This document shows, piece after piece, positions 29,346 through 43,617 of a stretch of DNA of 64,000 nucleotides. Under the pieces are notes generated by a model. That model saw only the letters and a list, made by a program, of their open reading frames with translations, was not told the origin of the DNA and made no database searches. Source of the stretch: the human T2T-CHM13v2.0 reference genome, Homo sapiens. The DNA lies in the NCBI RefSeq assembly GCF_009914755.1, contig NC_060930.1; one strand, written 5' to 3'. The position numbers and the translations under genes were made by a program. Every line of letters starts with the position of its first letter. Within the stretch, counting starts at the first letter, position 1.

Positions 29346-32300
29346 TGAGGCACCTACTTGCTAGTGTTTGCTGGGTTTGATTCTCCTAAGTAACTTAGGC
29401 CGAAGTGTTATCTTCAGAAAGAAATTATTGATTTAAATTTTATTGTTATTTCTACATGCTTTTTGGATTATGTGTGGACCTTTATAAAAAGTGCCATATA
29501 TTGAGATGCAACCTCAAGAGATGAAATGAAATTTACAGTTTCAAAGATAGTTATCTGACCATTAGTAAAAAACATGGGTTAGTATTTGATATTTATTATC
29601 TTCTGCCTGTTGGAGCTCTTACATTGAAATAGAAAAATATTAAAAATGTGATATCTAGACATTCATCAGAAAGCATCCGAAGATTATTTGGGTGGAGTAG
29701 CCCAGGTGCTAAATTAAACAACATAGTACGAGCTGGATAATGGATATGAACCTTGTACTACATATGCAGCACTTTCTTCCTCTCTCACTGAATGTTAATT
29801 TCCACCCAAGACTGTATAGCCATTTTCAGGAGTGTGCAAAGGTAGAACATTTATAGGAATTAATGCTCTGTGGGTATACAATGCGGAGACCCTGAAGAAC
29901 TAAAAAAGCATGAATAAATGTATTCCAATTATAGGCTAATGCAGGTAATGGGTTTATAGTACTTAGAGGTCTGGATCTGCTCTCTGACAGCCTGCAGACA
30001 TTAGGGGCCCCTCATGGCTCTGCTGCAATGTAGGCATTATGGAGTGATTTTTACTTTACTGCCTTTTCCATCAGATCATCCCCTTTCTTTCACACACAAG
30101 GTTAATTCACTTCTTGATCACATTATTTCCTCGCTGCTCTTTGACAATATAAAAATTCTGAGTGGACAGCTCAATCCCTCTTCCATCTCAGATTTGATTG
30201 TTATGGTATTGCCTGGCGTCCCTCAGAGGCCTCCAGCAGCCTTTGCTGCACTTTATGACACTTAAATGGCTCGGCTACAATTTCTCCATCTATTCACGAA
30301 ATGCTGTTAATAACTCATTTCCAAAGAGGCCCTTCTTTATGTCTTGGCATTAAAGGAATTTTTATTAGGTGCCAGGATAGGTGACACACAGCCCCAGTAA
30401 CCAAAGAGTTAATTAATCTGTTGAAATTTATTGCCTTTTATACTGCACTCAGTGTGACAGTCCCTAAGAGAAACAGATACTATATTTACAGCCCGAGTTG
30501 AAATATTCAGTAATATAGTCTGCATACTGACCTACTCCATCAGTGTATGCCTTCTGCTGGAACATCCATTAATCACAGAAGATGAATTTGTGTAATCTAT
30601 CTTCTTTCTTATTCTGAGATTCCAATAAATATTGAAATAATAGTTTATTGATTACCTTGCAATATAAATGTGTAGTAAAGGCACCCAAGACATTTGCATG
30701 GTAATGCATTTTGAAAGTTTTTGGCATTCTATGGGAATGAAAGGAAAAACTGTGAGGAGTGGCATGGAATACTCTTGTGGGTGAAACTCCAAACTGATTT
30801 CTTAACGTGTGGAGAGAAATGAGAAGAGCTTTTGAACTACCAAAAGTCATAATCATAGCCATGATCATTACATTCTTCAAAGCAAACATGAATATTTACT
30901 GAGTCTTTGTTCTTTGAGCATTATCCTCATAATATTTTAGACCACAAATAATTTTCTTGTGCCACAATTTCAGTTGTAAAGCCACCTCCCGCCTGCACTT
31001 AATCCAGGCAAAGATGAAAAGGGTATAGGCATGTGGATGCTAGCTTCTATGTAATACCAGTGAAACCTTCTGGGACTATTCTATAAACTCTTCAGGCTAA
31101 AATATATATTTCCTAAGACCATACTTTGAATAGTGTTTTAGGCTCTTGGCCTAAATCTAAATTCGGTCCTAAATTTTCATGAGTTCTGTTACTTATGGAG
31201 GTGTTAGTTTTGTCACTATGCTAGAATCATAATAATTTTTGCATCAAATCTGTCTTGTTTCAGAAACAGAGAAGAGTATGAGAAGTGTTACAGAACATGA
31301 AGATACCCTTGTGGCTCAAACATACTTATTTTTAAAAACTCTAAAAGTCTAAATGTGTCTGTATCTGGATATATTTTCAGTCAACTTATGCTGTGTTGGG
31401 TAAAGGTAAACCAGCATTTTCTAATCTATATTTGTGCCACTATCACCAGCATTACACGATAAGATTTGTTATAGGTTCAGTTCTTCTAGTTGAATCCAAT
31501 CATGCACAGTTAATGTAGCCCATTTCTGTTCTCCATAATAATTTATCTTAGTTTTGGGCAACTCTTTATAGTCAGGATAACTCTGCAGAGTGGATGAAAT
31601 TCTAATGAGTGGAATTTGTTTTCTAGTGCTTTACTGATAAGGTTAACCAGATGGTGAAATGTAATAGCTTGGAAGATGTAGTTTTGATATACAGTACATC
31701 ATTTCTGGAATGATCATGAAAAAGCAAAATCAACAGAGCTTTTTAGATTCTCTTTTTTGGTCATGAAATTGAAAATATACCTTTTTAGAGAGAAATATCT
31801 CATCATAGTTCTCCTGACATTTAAACTGCTTGGCTATATATTTTTAAAAGAAGACAAACTTTTGAAAATGTTGCTATAAATTTTTATGTATTGTAGATTT
31901 AAAAAATCTCATTTAAAAAATGAAAGATTATGAAATTTTTTATGTCACCTGAAGGAATGTCTATGATGTGAATTTCAAATAAAATAGATTTTCTTCAATA
32001 TTTTTAGTAATGATATCAATTAATTCACTAAGAAACTCACATTTCTTCCAAGACATTGAATTTTGATGAAACCACAAATCAGTGATTATCAAAATATTAG
32101 AATTAAGCAACCCTGAACATTATTTTGCTATAACATTTGCTAATTTGGCACAGATATTCTTTGAAGATGGACAATATACATTTTTTCATCTGTTTTGATT
32201 TTTGCTGATATGGATTATGTTAATTATGGAAATCTACAAGTATCTCACAAATAAATTATGTGGATGCATTTAACTATAGATTTTTCTTTTGTGATTTTTC

Positions 32301-32689
32301 TATGAGATAGCACATTACTGCATAATTGCTGTACTTTTTTGGTGCTTTTTCCTTTTTCCTTTCAATATTAATCATCGCTGCTTGTTCTCATATAAAGGTA
32401 CATTCTGATTTAAGTTCTCCCTGGTGTTTGGCTAATTGGGCTATTCGCTTAAAGCATACTCTGTTTTATGTCTTTATCTTCCATGGTATTTTACATTTTG
32501 GAATGACTGATTCTAATTCCTCTTCCACAGTGGCATAAGTTCACAGTAGCATAACCTTGGGAATCCATTATATTTGTCCTTTAGAACACTGCTTTGTTTT
32601 TCTCCACACAGTAATGAAAAGCGGTGGCATTTTCCAACACCCACAATGACTCTTCTCCTTTTTTTAGTAATGCTACTTTTTCTTTGCTT

Positions 32690-32850
32690 AGTTCAAATCA
32701 ACACAAAGTCTTATTTCTTGAGCATCTATTACGTGGCAAATTTTGTGTTAGGTACTGAATATGTGAAGTTGGATAGGCATAATTGCTACTCTCAAGCTGT
32801 TCAAAGTCAAAGTCAGTTGCTTGAGACAGAGAAGTAACAAATAATGATTT
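32690..32850 (-). mobile_element. L2 3' end
   Basis: atttcttgagcatctattacgtggcaaattttgtgttaggtactg. Confidence 0.65.
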
Positions 32851-32921
32851 TTAAAAGCCTTTTTTACCTCTTACCACATTAAGTCCGTAACTTTGGAAAC
32901 TTACTGTTGAATAAGGTTGGG

Positions 32922-33170
32922 AGCTAGCCATTTATTGAGTATTTGTCCACGGGCAGGCGCTTCTTTAAATACTAGAAGTAGATTGCTTCACTTAATCCTA
33001 ACAAGGCCATGAGGCAAGGACTATCATTCTATCACCCCCATTTTACTGCTGAGTGAAGTGAGTCGCAGGGAGGTGAAGGGACTCAGGCCCTTACTCTCGG
33101 TACCCGGAGGAGGGATTGAAATGCAACCCCCTGACCCCAAGGATGGGGCATTCATCAGTAACTCTCTGCT
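32922..33170 (-). mobile_element. MIR
   Basis: agctagccatttattgagt...cacttaatcct...cccattttactgctgag. Confidence 0.75.
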
Positions 33171-33431
33171 CTCTGGGAAGACACATATGTTATTCCAAAT
33201 AAGAATTAACCATTCTGTTTGTGTATTTATTGTCTGAGTACCATTTATTGAGTCATTTCCCCAGAGATTTGCAATGTCCCTCTATCACATAACAAGTTCC
33301 ACACATACATGGGACTGTTTTTAGGCTATATTTGTTCTTAGATAATCTGTTTTAGTTTTTTTGTCTATTCCTACCCTATTTCCACAGTTTTCATTGTTAG
33401 GATTTTATAGAAGTTTTAGTCTGATTGGGTG

Positions 33432-33497
33432 ACACACACACACACACACACACATACACATAACATATATACATAAACACACATACATACACACACT
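33432..33497. repeat. (CA)n/(TACA)n microsatellite
   Basis: Read directly from sequence. Confidence 0.9.
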
Positions 33498-33856
33498 ATT
33501 GTTTTCTTATTGAAAATATGTATTCTGTTTTGGGCTTTTAACTTTTGGTTTATTTTTTATTGTGAAATTTATTGTGCATACAAAAGAATACACAAAAGTT
33601 TATGTCCAGTGCAAAGAGTAATAATAAAAAGAGCAACCACAAATTGATTACCCGGGTCAAGACATAAAATATAGCCTTGATGTTACTTTTGTAACCGACC
33701 CTTCTTGAATTCATTCTCCTCCCAACCTCTCCTTTCCTCCCAATGGTCACAGGAAAATGGTTGTTGTGTTCACTTTTTCCTTGCTTTTCTTTATCTTTAT
33801 AGTTTTCCTATTATGTGAATAATATATGATTTAGGCTTATCCATTGATGATATTTA

Positions 33857-34142
33857 TTTATTTATTTATTTATTTATTTATTTTGACACGGAGTCTCGCT
33901 CTGTCAACCAGGCTGGAGTGCAGTGGCACAATATTGGTTCAAGCGATTCTTGTGCCTCAACCTCCCGAGTAGCTGGGACTACAGACACATGCCCCTGCAC
34001 CTGGCTAATTTTTTGTATTTTTGGCAGAGATGAGATTTCACCATGTTGGCCAGGCTGGTCTGGAACTCCTGACCTCAAGTGATTCGCCTGCCTCGGCCTC
34101 CCAAAATGCTGGGATTACAGGTGTGAACCACCACACCTGGCC
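33857..34142 (-). mobile_element. Alu (AluSz-like) with an internal deletion and (TTTA)n tail
   Basis: 17-bp TSD tccattgatgatattta at 33840-33856 and 34143-34159. Confidence 0.95.
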
Positions 34143-34780
34143 TCCATTGATGATATTTACATAACGAAAACAAATTGCACAAATTTTCTCTAACTTATTT
34201 TGTTCAATGTTATGTTTTTGATTCATCTATGTTGGTGTAAATATATGTAACTAATTTATTTTCACTGCTGCGTACTATTTCATTGTGTGAATATAATAAA
34301 TTATTTTTCCATTGTACTGTTGATTGGTATTATAGCCATTTCAGGTTTTACAGTTATGAGCAAGGCTGCTATGACTATGTTTGTATGAATACTCTAGTAT
34401 GCATGTGCAAGAGTTTCTAAGTATACTCTTAGGGGTTGACTCACTGAATCGTAAGGTAGGCACATTCAAATTTATTAGGTAATGTCAAACTGTTTTCCAA
34501 AGATGTTGTACCAATTTATACGACCTCCAGCAGCATATATTATATATCTACACTTTGTTAACACTGTGTTGTCTGATTTTAGTTTTTTCAATTCATTGGT
34601 ATAAAATAATGTTGCACTGTGATTAATTTTTATTTCTCTGATTACTATTGATATAGTGAGGTTGAGCACTTTTTGGTGTATATACATATGTATGTGTAAA
34701 ATCACACACACACGTTTTTTGTCTTCTATGAAGAGCTAAGTCATTTTAATTTGGGGTTGTCTTTTTTTCTTGATTCTTAG

Positions 34781-35468
34781 TTTTTGTTGTTGTTGTTGTT
34801 GTTCATTTGTTTGTTTTTTTGAGACAGGGTCTTGCTCCGTTGTCCAGATTGGAGTGCAATGGCATGATCATGGCTCACTGCAGTCTTGACCTCCAAGGCT
34901 CAAGTGGTCCTCCTGCCTTAACGTTCTGAGTAGCTGAACCACAGGTGTACGCCACCACACCTGGCTATAAATAACTGCACGAGACTGGGTAACTTAAAAA
35001 GGAAAGAGGTTTAATTGACTCATAATTCAGCATGGCTGGGGAGGCCTCAGGAAACTTACAGTCATGGTGGAATGCGAAGGAAAAGAAAGGCGCCTTCTTC
35101 ACAAGTCAGTAGGAAGAAGTGCCGAGTGAAGGGGGAAGAGCCCCTTATAAACCCGTTAGATCTTGTGAGAACTCAGTCGCTATCACGAGAACAGCATGGG
35201 GGAAATTGCCCCCATGATTCAATTACCACCACCTGGTCTCTCTCTTCACATGTAGGGATTATGGGGCTTATGGGGATTACAATTCAAGATAAGATTTGGG
35301 TGGGGACACAAAGCTTAGCCATATCACCTGGCTAATTAAACAAATATTTGTAGAGATGGTATTTTGCCATAATGGCCAGGCTGGTCTCAAACTCCTGGCC
35401 TCAAGTAATCCTTCCATCTTGGCCTCCCAAAGTGGTGGGATTACAGGCATGAGCCACCACGCCTGGCC
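34781..35468 (-). mobile_element. AluJ split by a THE1 LTR (pieces 34781-34964 and 35327-35468)
   Basis: J-type cagtcttgacctcc/ggctcaagtg; the halves rejoin at cctggcta. Confidence 0.92.
34965..35326 (-). mobile_element. THE1D-like MaLR LTR
   Basis: gagactgggtaa...gaggtttaattgactca...gatttgggtggggacaca...ccatatca; 5-bp TSD cctgg. Confidence 0.92.
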
Positions 35469-37005
35469 CACAGGATTCTTTATATATTCTCTATATAAGA
35501 TTTTTTCAATAATGTGTCACAAATATCTTCTTTTAGCTTGGAGTTTATGTTTTTACTCTATGGTAACTTTTAATGACCGGACATCTTTCTTTTTAATGTA
35601 GCTGAATTTATCAATATTTTCTTTATAGATTCATGTTGTGTCTTGCTTAAGAAATACTTTCTACCTTAGGTCATAAGGATGCTTTCTTATATTATCTTTT
35701 AAAGACTTTATGTTTTTGCCTTTCATATTGATTGTCAATCAACCAGTAACTATTTGTTTCTTTTTGATATATGCATGGTGTGATGTAGGAATCAGATAAC
35801 AGTTTTTGACAAGGGTAATTAAAATGCCTAGTAGCTTTGGAATACCTCATCTTTTTCCCAGTGATCTGAAGTTTCCTATGTATTATATGTCATTACAAAC
35901 CATTTTTGCATGCATTTGTTTCTGGGCTTTCTATTCCATTCATGGGTCTATTTATCTGTGCATATATATAGACTACAGTTCTTAGTTATATAGCTTTATA
36001 GTAAATCTTAAAATCCATTTGCTTAACATTCCTCTCCAACTTGGTGGCTATTTGGGGGCTTTTGTTCTTACAAATAAATTATAAAATCAACTTTAATTTC
36101 AAAAATAATAATAACAATGGCACATCCTGTTGGGATTCAATTTGAATTCTCTACAGATTAATTTTGGGAGAATATACATATTCATGATAGGGTCTACTCA
36201 ACAACAGGGGATATCTGTCTATTTGCTTAGGAATCTTTAATGTCTCTCAATAAAACCTTATAATTTAATCCATAAAGGCATGCCTGTATTTTGTTGAATT
36301 TATTTCTTGATACATGTTATTTTAATTTCTATTGTACACATTAAAAAGTTATGTTTTTGATTGTTGCTGGTGTAAACATTTGCATTTGAATTTTTTGCAC
36401 TGATTTTTTGTCCCCAAATTGTTTGTGCCATCACCAATATAAAACTTATTTGTAGATGTCTTTGGATTTTCTTGAAGAAAATAAAACAGTCATGAGTAAT
36501 TATAAGTTTTTTTTCTGTTTTTCCAATTCCTTTCATCTTTTGCTCTTTTCTTTTTATCTTACTGCACTGGCTAGGACAGCCATGAAAGTGTGAAAATCAA
36601 TGGTAATGGCAGGTATCTTTAGATTACTTTTAACATTTTATTATTAAATATAATGCTTACTCTCTGATTTTTAAAATATACCTTTATCAGGTTTAGAAAG
36701 TTCTATTCTGTCCCTCATTGACTAAGTTTTCTCTTTCTTTTTTATTTACTTTAGTAGTCACAAGTGGATGTTGAATTTTATTACTTTTTCTGCATACACA
36801 AAGATTTATCTCCTTTAATTTATTAATATGAATGATTTATAATAATCAATTTTCTGATATGAAACTTGCTTTGTAGTCCTAGGATAAACTCTGTTAGATA
36901 TATGAATTGCAAATATTTTCTCCCGTTCTGTGGCTTTTTTCATTTCTTGATCTCGTCTTTAAAATTTAAAAGCAGTTTTAAATTTTGATAAAGTTCAATG
37001 TGTTA

Positions 37006-37299
37006 ATTTTAATTTTTATTTTTTTGAGACAGAGTCTCTATGTTCCCCTAGTCTGGAGTTCAGTGGCAAAATCTTGGCTCACTGCAACCTCTGCCTCCTG
37101 GTTTGAAGCGATTCTCATGCCTCAGCCTCCTGAGTAGTAGGAACTACAGGCATCACCATGCTAATTTTTGTTATTTTTTGGTAAAGATGGGGTTTTGCCA
37201 TGTTGGCCAGACTGGTCTTGAACTCCTAGCCTCAAGGGATCTACCTGCCTTGGCCTCCCATAATGCTGGGATTACAGGCATGAGCCACCACACCTGGCC
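37006..37299 (-). mobile_element. Alu (Jb/Sz-like)
   Basis: TSD tcaatgtgtta. Confidence 0.93.
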
Positions 37300-37669
37300 T
37301 CAATGTGTTATTTTTTAAATGGTTAATACTTTCTATATCTCTCACCCTAAGAAAAAAATGTGCTTAACCTAAGTTCACAAAATTTTTCTCCCATATGCAT
37401 TCTTCTAGACTTTTGATAGTTTTAGCTTATATATTAGATTATATGAGTTCATTTTTGTGAGGTAAGGGTCCTTCCTTCCTTCTGCATATGGTTATCCAAT
37501 AATTCTAGTATTTGATGTTGAAGAAACTTTTCTTTCCCCATTTAATTGCCTTGAAACCTTTATTGAAAATCAGTTGACCATACATATTTAAGATTATTTT
37601 CTCAAACTTTGTTAAAGATTTTTGCATATACATTTATGAGGGGTGGTGATTTGCACTGTTCTACTAATG

Positions 37670-38280
37670 TTGTTACCTGGAGTTAGTCAAACTTTGAGGT
37701 TTGAGGGCATATGCCTCCTGACCCCAAAGTCTTCCCAAGATTTCTAACACCAACAGCAAGTTCAAGGGTTTCCCCAAATCACTTTCAGATTTGACAATCA
37801 CTAGGACTCACAGAACTCACTGAAAGTGATTGTACTCACAGTTGCAGTTTATTACAGGGAAAGGATACATTAAAATCATCCAACGGAAGAGACATGCAGG
37901 GCACAGTCTGGGAGAATTCCAAACATGGAAGCTTCTATTGTCCTCAGGATGCCTAATCTTCCCAGATCAATGTGTTACAATACACGTGAAGTATTGACAA
38001 CCAGGAAAATTCACCTGAGTTTCTATGTCCAGAATTCATTATGTAGGCATGATTGATTGATTTAGCCCCACTGTCCTTAGAGACTGGGCTGATATGCAGT
38101 CTGATGGATCCACTATGAGTCATCTTATTAACATAAGCTATTAGGTGTGGTCTGAGGGGCCAATCATGGAAAACAAAGACAATTTTATCACTTGGTAAAT
38201 TCTAAGGGTTTAGAGGTTACTCCTAGGAGCTGTGGACAAAGCTAGACCTCTCTTAGGGCAAGACAAAATTCTTTACCACA
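37670..38280 (-). mobile_element. MER21-like LTR
   Basis: ggactcacagaactcactgaaag...tttattacagggaaaggataca...aaattctttaccaca. Confidence 0.8.
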
Positions 38281-38829
38281 TAGTCATCTTATAGTTTTGA
38301 TATTAATTATGGTCTCATAAAATGATTTTGAGGGTGTAGTATTTGTGCTATTACTTTCTTATATTTGTGGGATTCACTACTAAGCCAGCTGATCCTGGAA
38401 TTTTTTTGAGGTAAAGATTTTTTTCTACAAAGTAAATTTCTTTCATAGATATAGGGAGATTCGTTCTTGAGGAAGCTTTGATAGTTTGTGTTTTTGAGGA
38501 AATTTTTATTGTATCTAAGTTGTGGAATTTTCAGAACACACATTTATAATATTTATTACTTGTTTGAATGTCTGTAGGATCTGTGGTGATGCTCTCTTTT
38601 GCCTTCAGCTTTTGGTTTTACTGTTTCTTTGTTTCTGTTTGCTTTTGGTTTAATTTGTTCTTTTTAATCTTTTCTAGTTTCCTAAGGTGGAAGCTTAGAT
38701 CATTGATTTGAGACTTTTCTCCTTTTATAAGTAATTAATACTTTGAACATCTCTGCAATCACTATTTTGTTTCAGACAAATTATGATGTTCTGCGTTGTC
38801 TTTTTAATTCAGTTTAAAATATGTTATAA

Positions 38830-39157
<328 letters not shown>

Positions 39158-40304
39158 TTATTTATAAGTACGTGGTTTATTTTCCAAATATGCTAGATAC
39201 CTTTTGTGCATTGGTTTGTATTTTAATTCTGTTTTGACCAGAGAACATATTTTTCTGTGATTTTAATCATTTTACAGTATTTGTGACTTGTTTTATGACC
39301 TAGAATATGGTGTATCTTGATGAATTTTTTATTTATGCTTAGAAAGAATGTGTATTCAGCTTTAGGGTGGAATATCCTATTAATATTAATTAAGTCAAAT
39401 TTATTGACAGTATTGATTAACTTTTTAATATCTTTACTGATTTTCTTTCTGCTTGTTTATCAATTATTAAGAAAAGAGTGTCAAAATCTCCAACTGTAGT
39501 TGTGGGTTTTTCTATTTCTCTTTTCAGGTCTATCAATTTTGCTTCATGTATTATGAAGCTGTTTTTTTAGGTGCATACAAATTTAAGATTGTTCTGGTCT
39601 CTTTACTAATTGACCTCTTTACTATTAAAAAAACAAACAAACAACCCTATTTTTCCCTGGAATTAATCTTTGTTCCAAAATTTTCTTTGTCTGTTATTGA
39701 TATCAAGTATTATTTATATAATGTTTTATGGTATGTAATATTTCCCCTCCTTTTGTTTTATTTATTTTATGTTTTATTTATTTGTATTCTTTATATTTAA
39801 AATGGCTTTCTTGTAGACATTGCACAATTGGGTCTTGTTTTTTAAAATCTAACCTAATAATCTCTCCCTCTTATTTGGAATGTTCAGACCATTTTTATTT
39901 ATTGCATCATTTTTGTTGGATTTGTTTTCTGTTTAATACATCTATTATTATTCTGCTCCTTTGTTCTCTTTTTCTGTCTTCTTTCGAGTTAACAGATTTT
40001 TTATATTACATTTATTTAATATTAGCTTATTAAATATATATTTTTCTTTTTTTTGTGGTTGCTTTTGAGTTTACAGTATACATTTTTAACTTACCCCCTT
40101 CTACCCATATCACTTTACACATATTCTAAGAATCTTAAAACACTACTTCATTTGTACTTTCTAGTCTTTGGACTATTCTTACTATTTATATTATTTCTAC
40201 ATACAAATTTCATAATTCATTTTTATTTTTCTTTAAAATAGGAATTATATTAACATGAATCAATATTAATTATATTAACATAAAACATGAATTATATATA
40301 CTTA

Positions 40305-40590
40305 TTTGTTTATTTTTAATTTTTGTGGGTACATAATTGGCACATATGGTCATGGGGTACATGACATATTTTGATACAGGCATACAATGCATAATAATCA
40401 CATCAGGGTAAAGAGGGTATTCACTACCTCAAGCATTTATCCTTTCTTTGTGTTACAAATAATCCAATTGTACTCTTTTAGTTATTTAAAAATGTACAAT
40501 AAGTTATTGTTGACTGTAGTCACCCTGTTGTGCTATCAAATACTAGATCTTATTCATTCTCACTATTGTTTTAAACTCATTAGCCATAGT
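40305..40590 (-). mobile_element. L1MA-type 3' end insertion
   Basis: tttttgtgggtacata...ttttgatacaggcatacaatg...gtcaccctgttgtgctatcaaatactagatc; catgaattat on both flanks. Confidence 0.85.
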
Positions 40591-40644
40591 CATTCTCTCA
40601 ACCATGAATTATTATTTAAAGAGATTTAAAAAAATGAGTAAATG

Positions 40645-40955
<311 letters not shown>

Positions 40956-41830
40956 TTATATTCATTTATCACATATTTGTCATTTCCATTGTTCTTCATT
41001 CCTCTATTTAGATCCAAATTTCCAGGTGGCAGCAGCTGCTGCTGCTGCTTCTCCTTCTCCTTCTTTTTCTTTTTTTGCTTGAAGAAATTTCCTTAACATT
41101 TTTGTAGTGCAGTACTGCTAGTGATGATTTCACTCTGTTGCTGTTACTCTGAAAAGTTATTTATTTCACCTTTATTTTTGAAAAGTATTTTCTTTGTGTT
41201 TATAATTCTAGGCTGGCAGTTTTTCTAGTATTTTAAAGATATCTCTCCATTGCTTTCCAACTTGCATAGTTTCTGATGAGAGGTCTATTTACGTTCTTCT
41301 AATTGTTCCTCTCTATGTAGTGCACCTTTTTTCTCTGCCTGCTTTTAAGATTTTTTTATTACTTGTTTTCAAAATTTGATTATTTTGGTGTGATGTTTCT
41401 TACATTTCTTTTGCTTAGACATCACTGAACTTCTTAGATATGTTGGTTTACAATTTTAATCACATTCAAATATTTTTTATTTATTAATATTATTTCTTGA
41501 GAAATATTATCTGCCTCCCTGTCTTTTCTTGGTTTTTGTTTTAACATATGTAACACAGCTCAATATTGTTTCACAGGTCATTGATGCTCTGTTAATTTTT
41601 TTCATTCTTTTTTCTCTGTGTGTTTTACTTTTGATAGTTTCTACTGCTATGTGTTCAAGTTCACTAATATTTTCTTCTCCAGTGTCTAATGTGCTGTTAA
41701 TCCCATTGAGTATATTTTCCATTTTAGATATTGTATTCCTTTTCTCTAGAAGTTCCATCTGGGTCTTTAAAAATATCTTTTAACTCTCTCTTCATCCTAT
41801 TGTGTACTTTCTTGCACATATGAAGTATAT

Positions 41831-41874
41831 ATATAATATTTATTTTATTATTATTATAGTTTAAGTTTTAGGGT
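41831..41874 (-). mobile_element. Extremely 5'-truncated L1PA micro-insertion
   Basis: Tail plus ttatagtttaagttttagggt; 13-bp TSD atatgaagtatat. Confidence 0.75.
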
Positions 41875-42214
41875 ATATGAAGTATATTTATGATACCTGT
41901 TTTAAAATATTCTTTTACTAATTCTATCATCTGTGTCATTTCTGGGTCTGTTTCTATTGGTTAAATTTTTATTTGTATATGAGTGATATTTTTGTTCTTC
42001 TTTACATACATGATAATTTATTAATAAAAGTTCAAACAAATTTATTTTAATATGATTTAATTTTTAAAACATCATGAAATTATGAAAGGGCAAGGAATAT
42101 CAGTAGAATGTCCCAACTTTGCAAATGTGGAAATCATTGTTGTATATCAAATTGATGTTAACATTTTTAGGTAGAAAATGAACATAAATGTTTTTGCTCA
42201 AATAATTCCCTTTC

Positions 42215-42770
42215 CCATGTAGCCTTCACTAATGCCATGAGGGAAGAGGGGCTTATTACTGCTGGGCAGTGATGGTATTCCTGAGTCCTGACTCAGAAAC
42301 GAGGACCAGCTTGGCCTCATTACAGTCAAGTGAAGGTAGAAGTCTAAGCTCCCTACTCAGCATTTTCTGAGGGAGGGCGTGGGGCTGATGTCTTTTTTCA
42401 TAGTGTTTGACTGGAATACGGTGGTAGTTGTCTAGAAGTTTCCTGCCTTGCTTGACTGCCGCTCTCCAGGTCCTTTGGCTAGAGAAAATGAGCAGGCTTT
42501 TCTTGGGGCTTTTGTTTGTCTGCATCTGTTGGTATTTTTGGTTTGCTGGCTTCTCCAGCACCTAAACTGGTATATATTAAGCAAAAAGAAAATCCACATA
42601 ATTAACCAACTGTTGTGTTGTTTTTTGGATCCCAAGAAAGTCTACCTTCTTCTTTCCACATTTCAGTCTTCTTATGCTTGATTTACAAATAATGCCCAGG
42701 GTTTCAAGCTGTATCCCGTTGGAATAATAGGAAGAAGTGTGTTTATACGATCTTTTCCTGGAAAGAGAGA
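42215..42770 (-). mobile_element. L1MC-type 5' UTR segment beginning at the element's 5' start
   Basis: Minus strand ttccaggaaaagatc...aaaccctgggcattat...cataagaagactga resembles the L1MC/L1M4 5' end. Confidence 0.7.
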
Positions 42771-43612
42771 GCATGCCTGGTAATTTTTGAATGGATACTA
42801 GACAATAAGAATTTAGTGTTCTTTACTGTTGATTTTTTATATTCCATCAACTATTACTGGGATTGATTCTGGGATGAAATTAAGTAACTTTGAACTAGTT
42901 TTATTCTTTGTGGTCTAGCTTTTAAGCTTTGTTAGGACTGTGCCAGAGAAGTCTTTGGTCTAGAGTGAATTTGACTTCACTCCTAATGCAACACCTTCTT
43001 TAGTAATTAACCTAAAGCCCTGTATACTAGGACATCTTCCCAGATTAGCTTCTGGGAAAATGAATTATTCCCAGACTTTTTTGAGCTTCATAGGGTTATT
43101 CCTCCTACTCCTTACAGGTAGCTCTTTCTTTGGCCTTGTGTATATCCTCCTATCAGTTCTTAGCCACAGTCTTTAGGGATTCTTCTTAAGATCTCTGGAG
43201 GGAGCTCTTTCCTCGTCTAGTTCCCTCTCATGTTTTACCTACCCTCTCAACCCCAAATTTCAGCACTTCTGGTCTCCCATCTGTCTCCTAGGTTTTGGGG
43301 TCCTGCTTGGGTTTCTCTTTCTTGTGCTGCAACTTGGAAATTCTCTTCAGGCAGTAACCTGGGACAATTGTAGCACTGACCTCCCGTGTTTCCCTGCCAT
43401 TCAGTGTTAAAAATTGTTGCATCAAACATTTTGTCTGGTTTTCTAGTTATTTAAGGCAGAAGGTAAATGCTCTCATTCTTAATCCATCCTGGTTGGAAGT
43501 AGAAGTCCTTCTTTGCTTCTTGCATTGTCACTTTTCCCCTTTTGGTTTCAATTTCCTCCAATTAACTTCTCATTTCAATTACCTTTCAATTACTTGTAGT
43601 AGGTTTACTGTT

Positions 43613-43617
43613 TATCG

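Noticed and set aside
31250-31355. Acceptor-like ttgtttcag followed by a short open frame
   Set aside because: No donor before the stop; peptide not recognised
32505-32600. Good + strand acceptor (ctaattcctcttccacag)
   Set aside because: Stops in all three frames soon after, and no convincing donor nearby
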